Shown in pieces: positions 1-7,907 of a stretch of DNA of 16,520 nucleotides; position 1 is the first letter of the stretch, and each line of letters starts with the position of its first letter. Source of the DNA: Promethearchaeati archaeon (GTDB lineage Archaea > Asgardarchaeota > Heimdallarchaeia > JABLTI01); NCBI GenBank assembly GCA_013166835.1, contig JABLTI010000062.1, positions 1 to 16,520 of the forward strand. The letters run 5' to 3'. The notes beneath the pieces are model-generated. The model saw only the letters and a list, made by a program, of their open reading frames with translations. It searched no databases and had not been told where the DNA came from. The position numbers were made by a program, and so were the translations under genes.

Positions 1-2
1 CA

Positions 3-950
3 GATGAATTCGTTGATCTTCTAATGCTTTGTTTTGGTGATGGATTGGAACGTGATCGAGTCAATCTTGCTGAAGTTGGAAAATTAATGAAAAAGATTAA
101 CAAACCAATTTATCGTTTAATTATGAAATTAATGAATGTTAAAATGATAAATTATGGCATCAAACGTGATGGTAAGCTTATTAGTGCTTTAACTTTATCC
201 ATTGATAGGGATGCAGCTACAATTGGTAATGTAATGACACATCCAGACTACCGTCGACAAGGATTAGCTAAGAGATTATTCCAAAAAGCTGTTTTTGATG
301 GTGAAAAATTCGGTTTAGATAAAATATCTTTAGATGTGCATGCTCAAAATGCTGGAGCAATAAAATTATATGAAAATGAAGGATTTACGGAATTTTATCA
401 CACTGGAAAATTAAAACTTGATATTTCACAAAATAAAATTTCAGCTGATGATTCTGTGGTTTTAAATGAAGTTAGTGAAATTGATTTCGAATTTTTTGAT
501 AATCTCTTGGATGTTTGCTATCCTCAAAAGATGCTTGAAAATCGTAATAGAAACAAGATGGCAAAAGATTATATTCCTAATCGATTTATACGATTCTTCA
601 TTGAGAAAGCTGCAGGACAAAAAATGTATTTTTACTCAATCAGTAGAAAGGATGATACCAAAACAAGAGGATATCTTAGTGCATCAACTTCTAGGTTAGA
701 GAATGGATTGAGGATCGCATCACCCCTTGTTAGGAATGAGGATATTGATTTAGTATTACCAGCTCTTTCGGAATTAATTACACGAATAAAAATGGATACA
801 AACTATTTGAATTTTAATTTGTCTATGCACAGAAAAGATCTTATTGATAAATTACTTGAAGTTGGCTTCGAGTTATCTGAGGAATCCCTATACATGAATA
901 TTAAATTTGATGAAGAAAATACTAGACATGGAGAAACTAAAAATGAATGA
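3..950 (+). CDS. GNAT family N-acetyltransferase, probably tandem-GNAT (5' end likely outside the window)
   Basis: Acetyl-CoA motif A VMTHPDYRRQGLAKRL and motif B NAGAIKLYENEGF. A degenerate second domain ends in LLEVGF. The frame is open from position 3 (DEFVDLL-M24), so the start probably lies upstream of the window. Confidence 0.85.
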   Translation, partial: DEFVDLLMLCFGDGLERDRVNLAEVGKLMKKINKPIYRLIMKLMNVKMINYGIKRDGKLISALTLSIDRDAATIGNVMTHPDYRRQGLAKRLFQKAVFDGEKFGLDKISLDVHAQNAGAIKLYENEGFTEFYHTGKLKLDISQNKISADDSVVLNEVSEIDFEFFDNLLDVCYPQKMLENRNRNKMAKDYIPNRFIRFFIEKAAGQKMYFYSISRKDDTKTRGYLSASTSRLENGLRIASPLVRNEDIDLVLPALSELITRIKMDTNYLNFNLSMHRKDLIDKLLEVGFELSEESLYMNIKFDEENTRHGETKNE

Positions 951-1521
951 TATACCAGATGAAGAAAAAATGCAAATAGCTGAAGCTCATAAACCAATAT
1001 TAGAACCAATAGAAGAAAAAGGATTTATTCTCGATATTGGTGGAGGAGGAGAAGGAATAATTGGTCAATTAATGGGAAATCAAGTAATTTCTATTGATAA
1101 GAATAAGAGAGAACTTGAAGAAGCACCAAGCGATAATCTAAAAATCGTTATGGATGCGACAGATCTACAGTTTTTAGATGAAACTTTTGGAACTGCTGCT
1201 TCTTTTTATACACTTATGTATATGGATAGCGAAACAAAACAGAAAACAATAAACGAAGTTTATCGTGTACTGAAAACCGGTGGTAAATTCTTGGTTTGGG
1301 ATTCTGAGATTCCAGGTGAGAAACCTAATGATAAAGTAGAATTTTTTGTGGTTCCCCTTCAAGTCAAATTACCAGAAAAAGAAATTGGAACTGGGTATGG
1401 TGTTCGATTTATTTTTCAAGATAAGAAATTGATTTCTGAGATGTGCAAGAAAGCAGGTTTTGAATTACATCTAAAATCAGAAAAAGATTCCATGTTATAT
1501 TTTGAATTTATTAAAAAATAA
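943..1521 (+). CDS. Class I SAM-dependent methyltransferase (Methyltransf_11-like)
   Basis: Motif I ILDIGGGGEG, ISID, MDATDLQFLDETF and EVYRVLKTGGKF. ATG 943 is preceded by GGAG (930-933) and overlaps the GNAT stop. Alternative starts are 907, 910 and 928. Confidence 0.85.
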   Translation: MNDIPDEEKMQIAEAHKPILEPIEEKGFILDIGGGGEGIIGQLMGNQVISIDKNKRELEEAPSDNLKIVMDATDLQFLDETFGTAASFYTLMYMDSETKQKTINEVYRVLKTGGKFLVWDSEIPGEKPNDKVEFFVVPLQVKLPEKEIGTGYGVRFIFQDKKLISEMCKKAGFELHLKSEKDSMLYFEFIKK

Positions 1522-1557
1522 AGAGAAAAATTATCCTTTTGGATAATTCTTTTTCTT
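1522..1557. terminator. Putative bidirectional terminator hairpin between convergent genes
   Basis: AATTATCC (1529-1536), TTTT loop, GGATAATT (1541-1548), flanked by an A-rich run on the left and a T-rich run on the right. Confidence 0.6.
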
Positions 1558-2298
1558 TTATTCTATTTTTTTGCCCATAGAAGCCATGTATATTACGAAT
1601 TGTTCTTCTCCATCTATTCCGAGTATTTCATTCATTTGCTCATCATAGAAAGCTGCTATTGCACAACAACCAGAGTCAATGTTTTCAACTGCGAGGTACA
1701 GATTCTGTGCTACATGACCAATATCTAAGTGAAGATAGCGATAACTCCTTTGTCCATAACGCCAAGCAATTCTGTAGGGAATAGCAACCCAAATGAATGT
1801 AACAGCTGCTGCTTTAACCATTTTCTGACCATAAGCACCTTCTATTACTCGATCACCAATATCTTCAGCAAGATCGATTTCTACAAGTTTATGCTTGAGT
1901 GATAAATACCGATAAATCCCTGGTTTCAAACCTTCAACATTGTTAATTAAAAGATAGGTTTCAAATGCATGTCTTGCTCCAGCAGAGGGTACGGTTCTTT
2001 TGGTGTATATTTCGCTGATTTCTTTAACGCCTTGTGTTGCCCATAAAAGCCAGGCTAATTCATTTAGAGTTAATGCTTTTTCACTATATTTTCGAACACT
2101 TACTCTATCTTCTATTGCTTTTCTTAAATCCAAACTAGGGACATCAATTTTATCAGGAATAGGTAAATCGATTATTTTCTTTTTCTCGTCATATGCTGTT
2201 TGCAGTGGAGGTTTTTCAATTCCTTTTCTCTGATCAGATTCTTCCAAATACTTGTATTTGGTTTTTTCCATAAATTCTTGACCAATACCTTTTTTCAT
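1558..2298 (-). CDS. SagB/ThcOx-family FMN-dependent dehydrogenase (nitroreductase fold)
   Basis: AIEDRVSVRKYS, KRTVPSAGARHAFETY, RYGQRSYRYLHLDIGHVAQNLYL and GCCAIAAF. ATG 2298 chosen; TTG 2307 is an alternative start. Confidence 0.88.
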   Translation of the reverse strand: MKKGIGQEFMEKTKYKYLEESDQRKGIEKPPLQTAYDEKKKIIDLPIPDKIDVPSLDLRKAIEDRVSVRKYSEKALTLNELAWLLWATQGVKEISEIYTKRTVPSAGARHAFETYLLINNVEGLKPGIYRYLSLKHKLVEIDLAEDIGDRVIEGAYGQKMVKAAAVTFIWVAIPYRIAWRYGQRSYRYLHLDIGHVAQNLYLAVENIDSGCCAIAAFYDEQMNEILGIDGEEQFVIYMASMGKKIE

Positions 2299-2412
2299 CT
2301 TCAACAACTCATTATTATTTAGTTACTTCTAATATTCTATTAAATATAAGTTCTAATCTTAAGTTTCTAAATTCTAGAGTAAATTTAAGTATTTATCATC
2401 TAATTATTATCT

Positions 2413-2949
2413 ATGCCTGAAAAAGTTCGTATAGTTGAATATAATCCTAATTGGCCAAAAATCTTTGAAAACGAAAAAGGCAAAATTAAGAGTAAAATCA
2501 GCAAGTATATTGCATCCATTGAACACATCGGAAGTACCGCTGTCAAGGGATTAGTTGCTAAACCAATTATTGATATTTTAATCGGCTTGAACACATTAGA
2601 TGATGCACAATTTTGCATTCCAAAATTAGAAGAATTAAACTATGAATATGTTCCTGAATTTGAGGATGTTCTCCCAGAGAGAAGGTATTTCCGCAAACCC
2701 CCTTTGGGGCAAGGACCAAGAGATTACCACATACACATGGTTGAGATAAAGAGCTATTTCTGGAAAAGGCAATTGATTTTTAGAGATTATTTGAGAAAGT
2801 TCCCAAATGTTGCAAATGAATATGGTAAATTGAAATTAAGATTAGCTGCTGAATTACAAGATGATCGTGAAGCCTACTCTGATGGGAAAACTGATTTCAT
2901 AATGGGTATTCTTAAGAAAGTCGAGAAAGAAACAGAAAATGATCAATAA
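2413..2949 (+). CDS. GrpB/UPF0157 family protein (nucleotidyltransferase fold)
   Basis: YNPNWPKIFENE, IEHIGSTAVKGLVAKPIIDI, HIH, FRDYLR and YSDGKTDFI are the GrpB-family signature. Confidence 0.9.
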   Translation: MPEKVRIVEYNPNWPKIFENEKGKIKSKISKYIASIEHIGSTAVKGLVAKPIIDILIGLNTLDDAQFCIPKLEELNYEYVPEFEDVLPERRYFRKPPLGQGPRDYHIHMVEIKSYFWKRQLIFRDYLRKFPNVANEYGKLKLRLAAELQDDREAYSDGKTDFIMGILKKVEKETENDQ

Positions 2950-2958
2950 AAATAGCAA

Positions 2959-3801
2959 TTATTCCCCATATGCTAAATCTTCATATTCAGCTGCTTTATC
3001 ATAATCTTCGGCTTCTTCGTATGCTGAAGCTAAATTATGTAACGCTTCAAAATATTTTGGTTCAATTTCTACTGCAGTTTTGAAGCACTCAATTGCTGCG
3101 GAGAGGTCTCCTATCATTGCATAAACCACTCCCAGATTATTATATGCTAATTGATAGAATGGATTTAACTCAATTGATCTTTCGAAATGCTCTATTGCTT
3201 CTTCGAATTCCTTCTTATCTACATGGATTAATCCTAGAAAATTATATGGTTCATAATAAAGTGAATCAATATCAAGTGCTTCTCTGAAGAAATCTGCTGC
3301 CTTATCTTGCTCGTTTAATTGCATATAGGCTCTTCCTAAGGTATTATACGCTATTTGATATCTTGAGTTGATAACTAAAGCTCTTTGACAAACGTCAATT
3401 GCTTCTTCTATATCTCCTCTTTCGAGATAGCTGATTCCAAGATTAACCATTGCTTCGTAGTAATCTGGTTTAATATCAAGGACTTCAAGAAAACAAGCTA
3501 TAGCCATAGTGTTGTCGCCAATTTTTGTGTAATTGGTACCTAAATTGACTAACGCTTCCATATAGTCGGGATTCAATTCTAAAGCTCTCTTATAACAAGC
3601 AATTCCTTTATCCAATTGATTTTGATAATCATAAGCAACTCCTAGGAGAAACCAAGCACGTGGATTGTCTATTTGCAGATCAGTTGCTTTTTGGAAGAAT
3701 TCTATCGCGTTTTCAAATTTCCCACTTTGTATACCTGCAACTAGTCCCATCTCGAGTAATTCTTCAGGATTATCTATTTCTCTGATACCCCGTTCTGCCA
3801 T
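2959..3801 (-). CDS. Tetratricopeptide repeat protein (about 8 TPRs), acidic
   Basis: 34-aa periodic repeats of the form A(W/Y/L)xxLGxxY...A...(Y/F)xxAL.(L/I).P run through the whole protein, with no other domain visible. Confidence 0.92.
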   Translation of the reverse strand: MAERGIREIDNPEELLEMGLVAGIQSGKFENAIEFFQKATDLQIDNPRAWFLLGVAYDYQNQLDKGIACYKRALELNPDYMEALVNLGTNYTKIGDNTMAIACFLEVLDIKPDYYEAMVNLGISYLERGDIEEAIDVCQRALVINSRYQIAYNTLGRAYMQLNEQDKAADFFREALDIDSLYYEPYNFLGLIHVDKKEFEEAIEHFERSIELNPFYQLAYNNLGVVYAMIGDLSAAIECFKTAVEIEPKYFEALHNLASAYEEAEDYDKAAEYEDLAYGE

Positions 3802-4007
3802 AACCTTCGAGTCCTATTTGTTTAGTTGTGGGAAATCGTAATCTTTTAAGCTTCTACCATTTAGTTTTGACAAGATTTTTATCAGTCACTAATGTAATTT
3901 GCCTTTTAGTTTCACGTTACAGTAACAAAGCGATTTCTAAATTATGACTCTGAAGTAAATATAAACCACTTTCGAATAGTGCAAATTAGCGATAAAAATC
4001 AGAAAAA

Positions 4008-4418
4008 TTAGTGTATATGGAACAATCTCATGTGTTCTATTTTCATGCATTTATCCATTACAAAAGGGATTCCATGCTTTTCTGCAATTTCCTTTGCTTT
4101 TTCATTTACTATTCCTAATTGTAACCAGATAAGTTTCGGTTTGAGTTTGACAGCTTCTTCTACAACTTTCGGAGTATCTTCACTAGGTCTAAAGATATCC
4201 ACGATATCGACTTGCGCTGGAATTTTATCCAGGCTTGGATAGACTTCTTCTTCTAGAATAGTTTCCGCCATAGGATTAACAGGAATTATTGTATAACCAT
4301 GTTCTTTCAGATATTTTGGTATTGAATGTGCCGCTTTGCTTGGATTTCTAGAAGCCCCAACAACAGCGATGACTTTGCTTTTCTCGAGTATCTTGACTAT
4401 CTCTGAAGTAATTGACAT
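4008..4418 (-). CDS. CoA-binding protein (YccU/CoA_binding_2 family)
   Basis: IAVVGASRNPSK, GYTIIPVNP, VDIVDIFRPS, IWLQLGI and VMDKCMKIEH. Confidence 0.92.
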   Translation of the reverse strand: MSITSEIVKILEKSKVIAVVGASRNPSKAAHSIPKYLKEHGYTIIPVNPMAETILEEEVYPSLDKIPAQVDIVDIFRPSEDTPKVVEEAVKLKPKLIWLQLGIVNEKAKEIAEKHGIPFVMDKCMKIEHMRLFHIH

Positions 4419-4493
4419 AACTTAAACCACGCTAATTATACAATATGTAGTATATTATTTTTATTAATTACAATTTAACAAATAGTTCTTTTT

Positions 4494-5636
4494 TCAAAGA
4501 AATATTTCATATTCACCGATGCCAAAATCCTCATTTGTTTGCCAATAGTCATCGATAGAATCCAACATTGCTAATTTTGAAGCACCCACATAGGGCATTA
4601 AATCAGTTTGTGCTGTGGATAGGATCCTAATATCGTTTTTACATTCCGGAAGTAAAATTACTAATTCATCCTCAAGTCTCTTCTTTAATCCCAAGAATTT
4701 TGCTCCCCCACCTGTTAGGCAAATGTTGTTACTAAATTCCTTCCATAATCTTATGTTCAAACTTTTGATAACATTTGCAATCGCTTGGGATAAGTTAATC
4801 TCTTTCATATTGTATTTGTTACCTTCGCAATCACTTCTTGGACATAAGGTAACTTTCTCTGAGAAGAATTTTTTGTAAAAGAAAAGCTCAGGTAGTTTCC
4901 ACCTTTCTGAACCAAGATTGAATGTATATTTATCAATATAGTATGTTATTGGTCTCTCATCAATTTCTTTCATGTTCTGATTATATGACCTTACAAAACA
5001 ATGGTTTTCTTTTATGTCACGAATAAACATGGAGTCTATTGGTCCTTCGAAGCCTTGTTTCTGTAACCAAGACCCTAATTGTAATGTTAACTCGAGGCCA
5101 CCAAATGATATTTGAGCTATTTGTTCTTCTAGTATTGCTGCTTGATAAATTGGAACGATTCTAATTTGTGAAAATCCAATATCTACCACAATTGCAGTTA
5201 ATTTCCTCATCACTGGTAAATAGGCCACTAATGAAAGGAAAGGGTCTGAGATAACAGCAACCTTTTCTGCTAATAATTCCTCATGAAAATACTCGAGAAC
5301 GAGATCTCTAAATGGACTATCAGTTAGTACTGCTGTTGGTAAACTAATGAGTATAGGATTAACGATAGGATCAATCTTTAATTTCTTAACACTTGCTAGC
5401 CAGTATGCTTTAATGAGTTCTTCATTTGTAGTTTGACTACCCTCAATTGGGAATCGTCTTATCCTCACATTCAAATCAGTGCTTTGTTCCGGGAAAACAA
5501 ATCGAGGATATTTCTCTCCCCCAAAACCAATTTTCGTGCTTGAAGCTCCATGAATAATAAGAGCAGGAGTTAAATCTAGTTCTTCAACTTCTGATTCAGC
5601 TTCAACTGCTATCTTACTTTTATCCAGTTTTTTCAT
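4494..5636 (-). CDS. Divergent actin-related protein (eukaryotic actin/ARP family)
   Basis: Colinear actin motifs: KIGFGGEKYPRFVFP (actin KAGFAGDDAPRAVFP), FPIE (YPIE), IVVDIG..IVPIY (IVMDSG..TVPIY), GGLELT (AGRDLT), IRDIKENHCFV (VRDIKEKLCYV), LGSERWKLPELFF (IGNERFRCPEALF), LTGGGAKFLGLKKRLEDEL (LSGGTTMYPGIADRMQKEI) and YVGASKLAML (WIGGSILASL). Start is ATG 5636 or TTG 5651. Confidence 0.9.
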   Translation of the reverse strand: MKKLDKSKIAVEAESEVEELDLTPALIIHGASSTKIGFGGEKYPRFVFPEQSTDLNVRIRRFPIEGSQTTNEELIKAYWLASVKKLKIDPIVNPILISLPTAVLTDSPFRDLVLEYFHEELLAEKVAVISDPFLSLVAYLPVMRKLTAIVVDIGFSQIRIVPIYQAAILEEQIAQISFGGLELTLQLGSWLQKQGFEGPIDSMFIRDIKENHCFVRSYNQNMKEIDERPITYYIDKYTFNLGSERWKLPELFFYKKFFSEKVTLCPRSDCEGNKYNMKEINLSQAIANVIKSLNIRLWKEFSNNICLTGGGAKFLGLKKRLEDELVILLPECKNDIRILSTAQTDLMPYVGASKLAMLDSIDDYWQTNEDFGIGEYEIFL

Positions 5637-5679
5637 CCTTTTGGTTAACAAATGAGACGACCTTAATCAAACGATAATA

Positions 5680-5691
5680 TAGTAATTACTA
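5680..5691. promoter_or_regulatory. Perfect 12-bp palindrome, candidate operator upstream of the ARP gene
   Basis: TAGTAATTACTA is its own reverse complement and lies about 30-45 bp upstream of the ARP start codon. Confidence 0.4.
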
Positions 5692-5902
5692 CTTTTTCAA
5701 TATTATAATGATGCGGTTTGAATAAACTCTCACAGTCATATGGATTTTACATTGGAAAATATATGGATTATATTTCATCAATCGAAATAAAGTTTTTTAA
5801 TCGCTTAATTTATCAATGGTTTTGATTGAAACATCATCATACAATCCTAGAAACAGGTCGTATCATTATCGTGGTAGTTAGTATTTCAAGCTGTGAGAAT
5901 TA

Positions 5903-7888
5903 ATGCTAGAACTAGAGAAAATTGACTTTAAGAAAATGGGTTTTCGTGCAGGCATAGAAGTGCATCACCAAATAAAAACAAAGAGAAAACTCTTCTGTAA
6001 TTGCTCTCCTATCCTTTGTGATGGAGAACCAGATTATTTATTTGAACGATACTTCAGACCAGTGTTAGGGGAAATGGGCGATTTTGACGCAGGCATGCTT
6101 ATTGAGTTTGAGAAAGGATATCGGGTAATTTATCATGCATATGAGGCTTCTGTTTGCAATTATGAACAAGATGAGCAACCCCCTTTCTGGCCCGATTATG
6201 AAGGAATTTATATGGGGTATGAGTTAGCTCATTGGCTTAATTTTTCATCATTAGTAGATGAAGTTGTTGTCTCAAGAAAGCAATATCTAGATGGATCAAT
6301 CACAACAGGTTTCCAAAGAACAATGATTGTTGCTCGAGATGGATGGGTACCTGTTAATGGGAAGAAAATTAAAATCACAAATCTTACAGTTGAGGAAGAC
6401 GCTGCAAGAAAAATCAAAACTGAAAATTTCGGACGAACAGTCTATTACAATCTTGACCGTTTAGGGATACCATTAGTTGAGGTAATATCTGATCACGAAG
6501 ATTGTGATAATCCTGATGACTTTAAGAAGTTGGCAGAATATATAGGGTTAACTTTACGATTATGCGGTATTGCTCAAAGAGGTCTTGGCTCTGTTCGACA
6601 AGACATTAATTTTAGTATCAAAGGTGGAGATAGAGTTGAGATTAAAGGAGTACAAGATCTCGACACCTTTGTTGATCTTGCTCGTAGAGAAGTAGCTCGA
6701 CAAGATATGCTCATAAAGATTGCAGGGATGTTAAAGGAAAAGGGATTAACAAAAGAAGACTTAGAACATACTTATATTGATTTAACAGAGAACTTTGATC
6801 CAAAAATCATTCCTAAAAACTACATCCTGATGGGAATTCGCATCCCTAAACTTGGCGGAATTTATGGGATTGAAATACAACCTGGCAAAGATTTCGGTCA
6901 AGATATCATCGAAAAAACAGAACTGATTTCAGGAATTCCTAGAAGCTATCTTTTCCATTCTGATGAAATAAACCAGAAAGCACTAAGGAGAGTCCAAGAA
7001 AAGAAGATGAGTTTAAAGAGTGAGGATTATCAGAAGAATTTCTTTTTCCAAAATTTGACGATTGATTTAAACAAGAAAATTAGAAAAATACTAAATCTGA
7101 AGAAAGATGATGCATACTTTTTAGCTCTTGGTCCACAAAAGTGGGTTATCCATGCATTAAAGAAAATAATTGAAAGAACAAAAATGGCATTTGATGGCGT
7201 TCCACAAGAGACCAGAAGATTTCTACCTGATAATAATACAGAATTTTTACGAGTAATTCATGGTCAAGATCGTCTTTATCCTGACACTGATACACCACCG
7301 ATTGATATGGATATGGAAAAAATACAAAAACTAAAAGAAAAGGTTGGAGCAAGACCTTGGGAGATTGTAAGCGAATTTGATGAAAAGTATGGATTCTCTT
7401 ATGAACAAACTGTTAAGCTAATTCGACATAATAGAATTAATGATATTAGAAAATTAATTGAAGAACATAATTTTGATCCAAATCGTTGCTATGTTTTATT
7501 GGAAGAAACAATTCTAGCATTAACTCGAGAAGGACTAATGACAAAATCACTTTCTATGAAAAAACTAATCGAAGTTCTAAAAGGTGCACATTCAGGTGAT
7601 TTTGATTTTAATCAAATCCAAGCGATTTTACGATTAATCATTAGTAATCCAAAGAAGAATCTGAAGCAAATCCTCTCTGATCTAAAAATCAAAAAAATAA
7701 CAGATAAAGATATTGAGCAACTTTATGATGAATCACTAAATGAACTAGATAAGCATCCAAGAAAAAATGATTTCACAAAAGAAGAACTTGCTGAAAAGGT
7801 TACTGGAAATATTATGAGAAGAATAAATGGAGGATTTTCTGGCAAGAGGATCTTTGAAATTGTTCTTTCAAAGTTGGAGGGTAAATAA
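5903..7888 (+). CDS. gatE: Glu-tRNA(Gln) amidotransferase subunit E
   Basis: GIEVHHQ..KLFCNC, RKQYLDGSITTGFQRT, EEDAAR, LDRLGIPLVE, RGLGSVRQDINFSIKGGDRVEIKGVQ, the HSDE insertion domain, GVPQETR and RLYPDTD. Adjacent to gatD. Confidence 0.95.
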   Translation: MLELEKIDFKKMGFRAGIEVHHQIKTKRKLFCNCSPILCDGEPDYLFERYFRPVLGEMGDFDAGMLIEFEKGYRVIYHAYEASVCNYEQDEQPPFWPDYEGIYMGYELAHWLNFSSLVDEVVVSRKQYLDGSITTGFQRTMIVARDGWVPVNGKKIKITNLTVEEDAARKIKTENFGRTVYYNLDRLGIPLVEVISDHEDCDNPDDFKKLAEYIGLTLRLCGIAQRGLGSVRQDINFSIKGGDRVEIKGVQDLDTFVDLARREVARQDMLIKIAGMLKEKGLTKEDLEHTYIDLTENFDPKIIPKNYILMGIRIPKLGGIYGIEIQPGKDFGQDIIEKTELISGIPRSYLFHSDEINQKALRRVQEKKMSLKSEDYQKNFFFQNLTIDLNKKIRKILNLKKDDAYFLALGPQKWVIHALKKIIERTKMAFDGVPQETRRFLPDNNTEFLRVIHGQDRLYPDTDTPPIDMDMEKIQKLKEKVGARPWEIVSEFDEKYGFSYEQTVKLIRHNRINDIRKLIEEHNFDPNRCYVLLEETILALTREGLMTKSLSMKKLIEVLKGAHSGDFDFNQIQAILRLIISNPKKNLKQILSDLKIKKITDKDIEQLYDESLNELDKHPRKNDFTKEELAEKVTGNIMRRINGGFSGKRIFEIVLSKLEGK

Positions 7889-7907
7889 CTCTAGGGATGT
7901 GTGCAAT

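Noticed and set aside
3-2949. GNAT, methyltransferase, SagB dehydrogenase and nucleotidyltransferase as a RiPP (azole peptide) cluster
   Set aside because: No YcaO, precursor peptide or transporter is in the window, the genes have mixed orientations, and standalone SagB-like proteins are common in archaea.
2959-3801. Periodic DNA similarity as a CRISPR array or tandem repeat
   Set aside because: It is explained by 34-codon TPR protein repeats, and there are no identical repeats with unique spacers.
2959-5651. ARP, CoA-binding protein and TPR gene as one functional operon
   Set aside because: They share a strand, but 75-bp and 206-bp AT-rich gaps with T-tracts suggest separate units. YccU-type genes are ubiquitous, and there is no support without synteny data.
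5652-5902. Intergenic region as RNase P RNA, SRP RNA or tRNA
   Set aside because: It is AT-rich and lacks the GAGGAAAGUCC motif, SRP helix-8 motif and T-loop/cloverleaf signatures.
7827-7907. Long gatE/gatD overlap
   Set aside because: ATG 7908 after the gatE stop gives a normal GatD, so the extension is an ORF-caller artefact.
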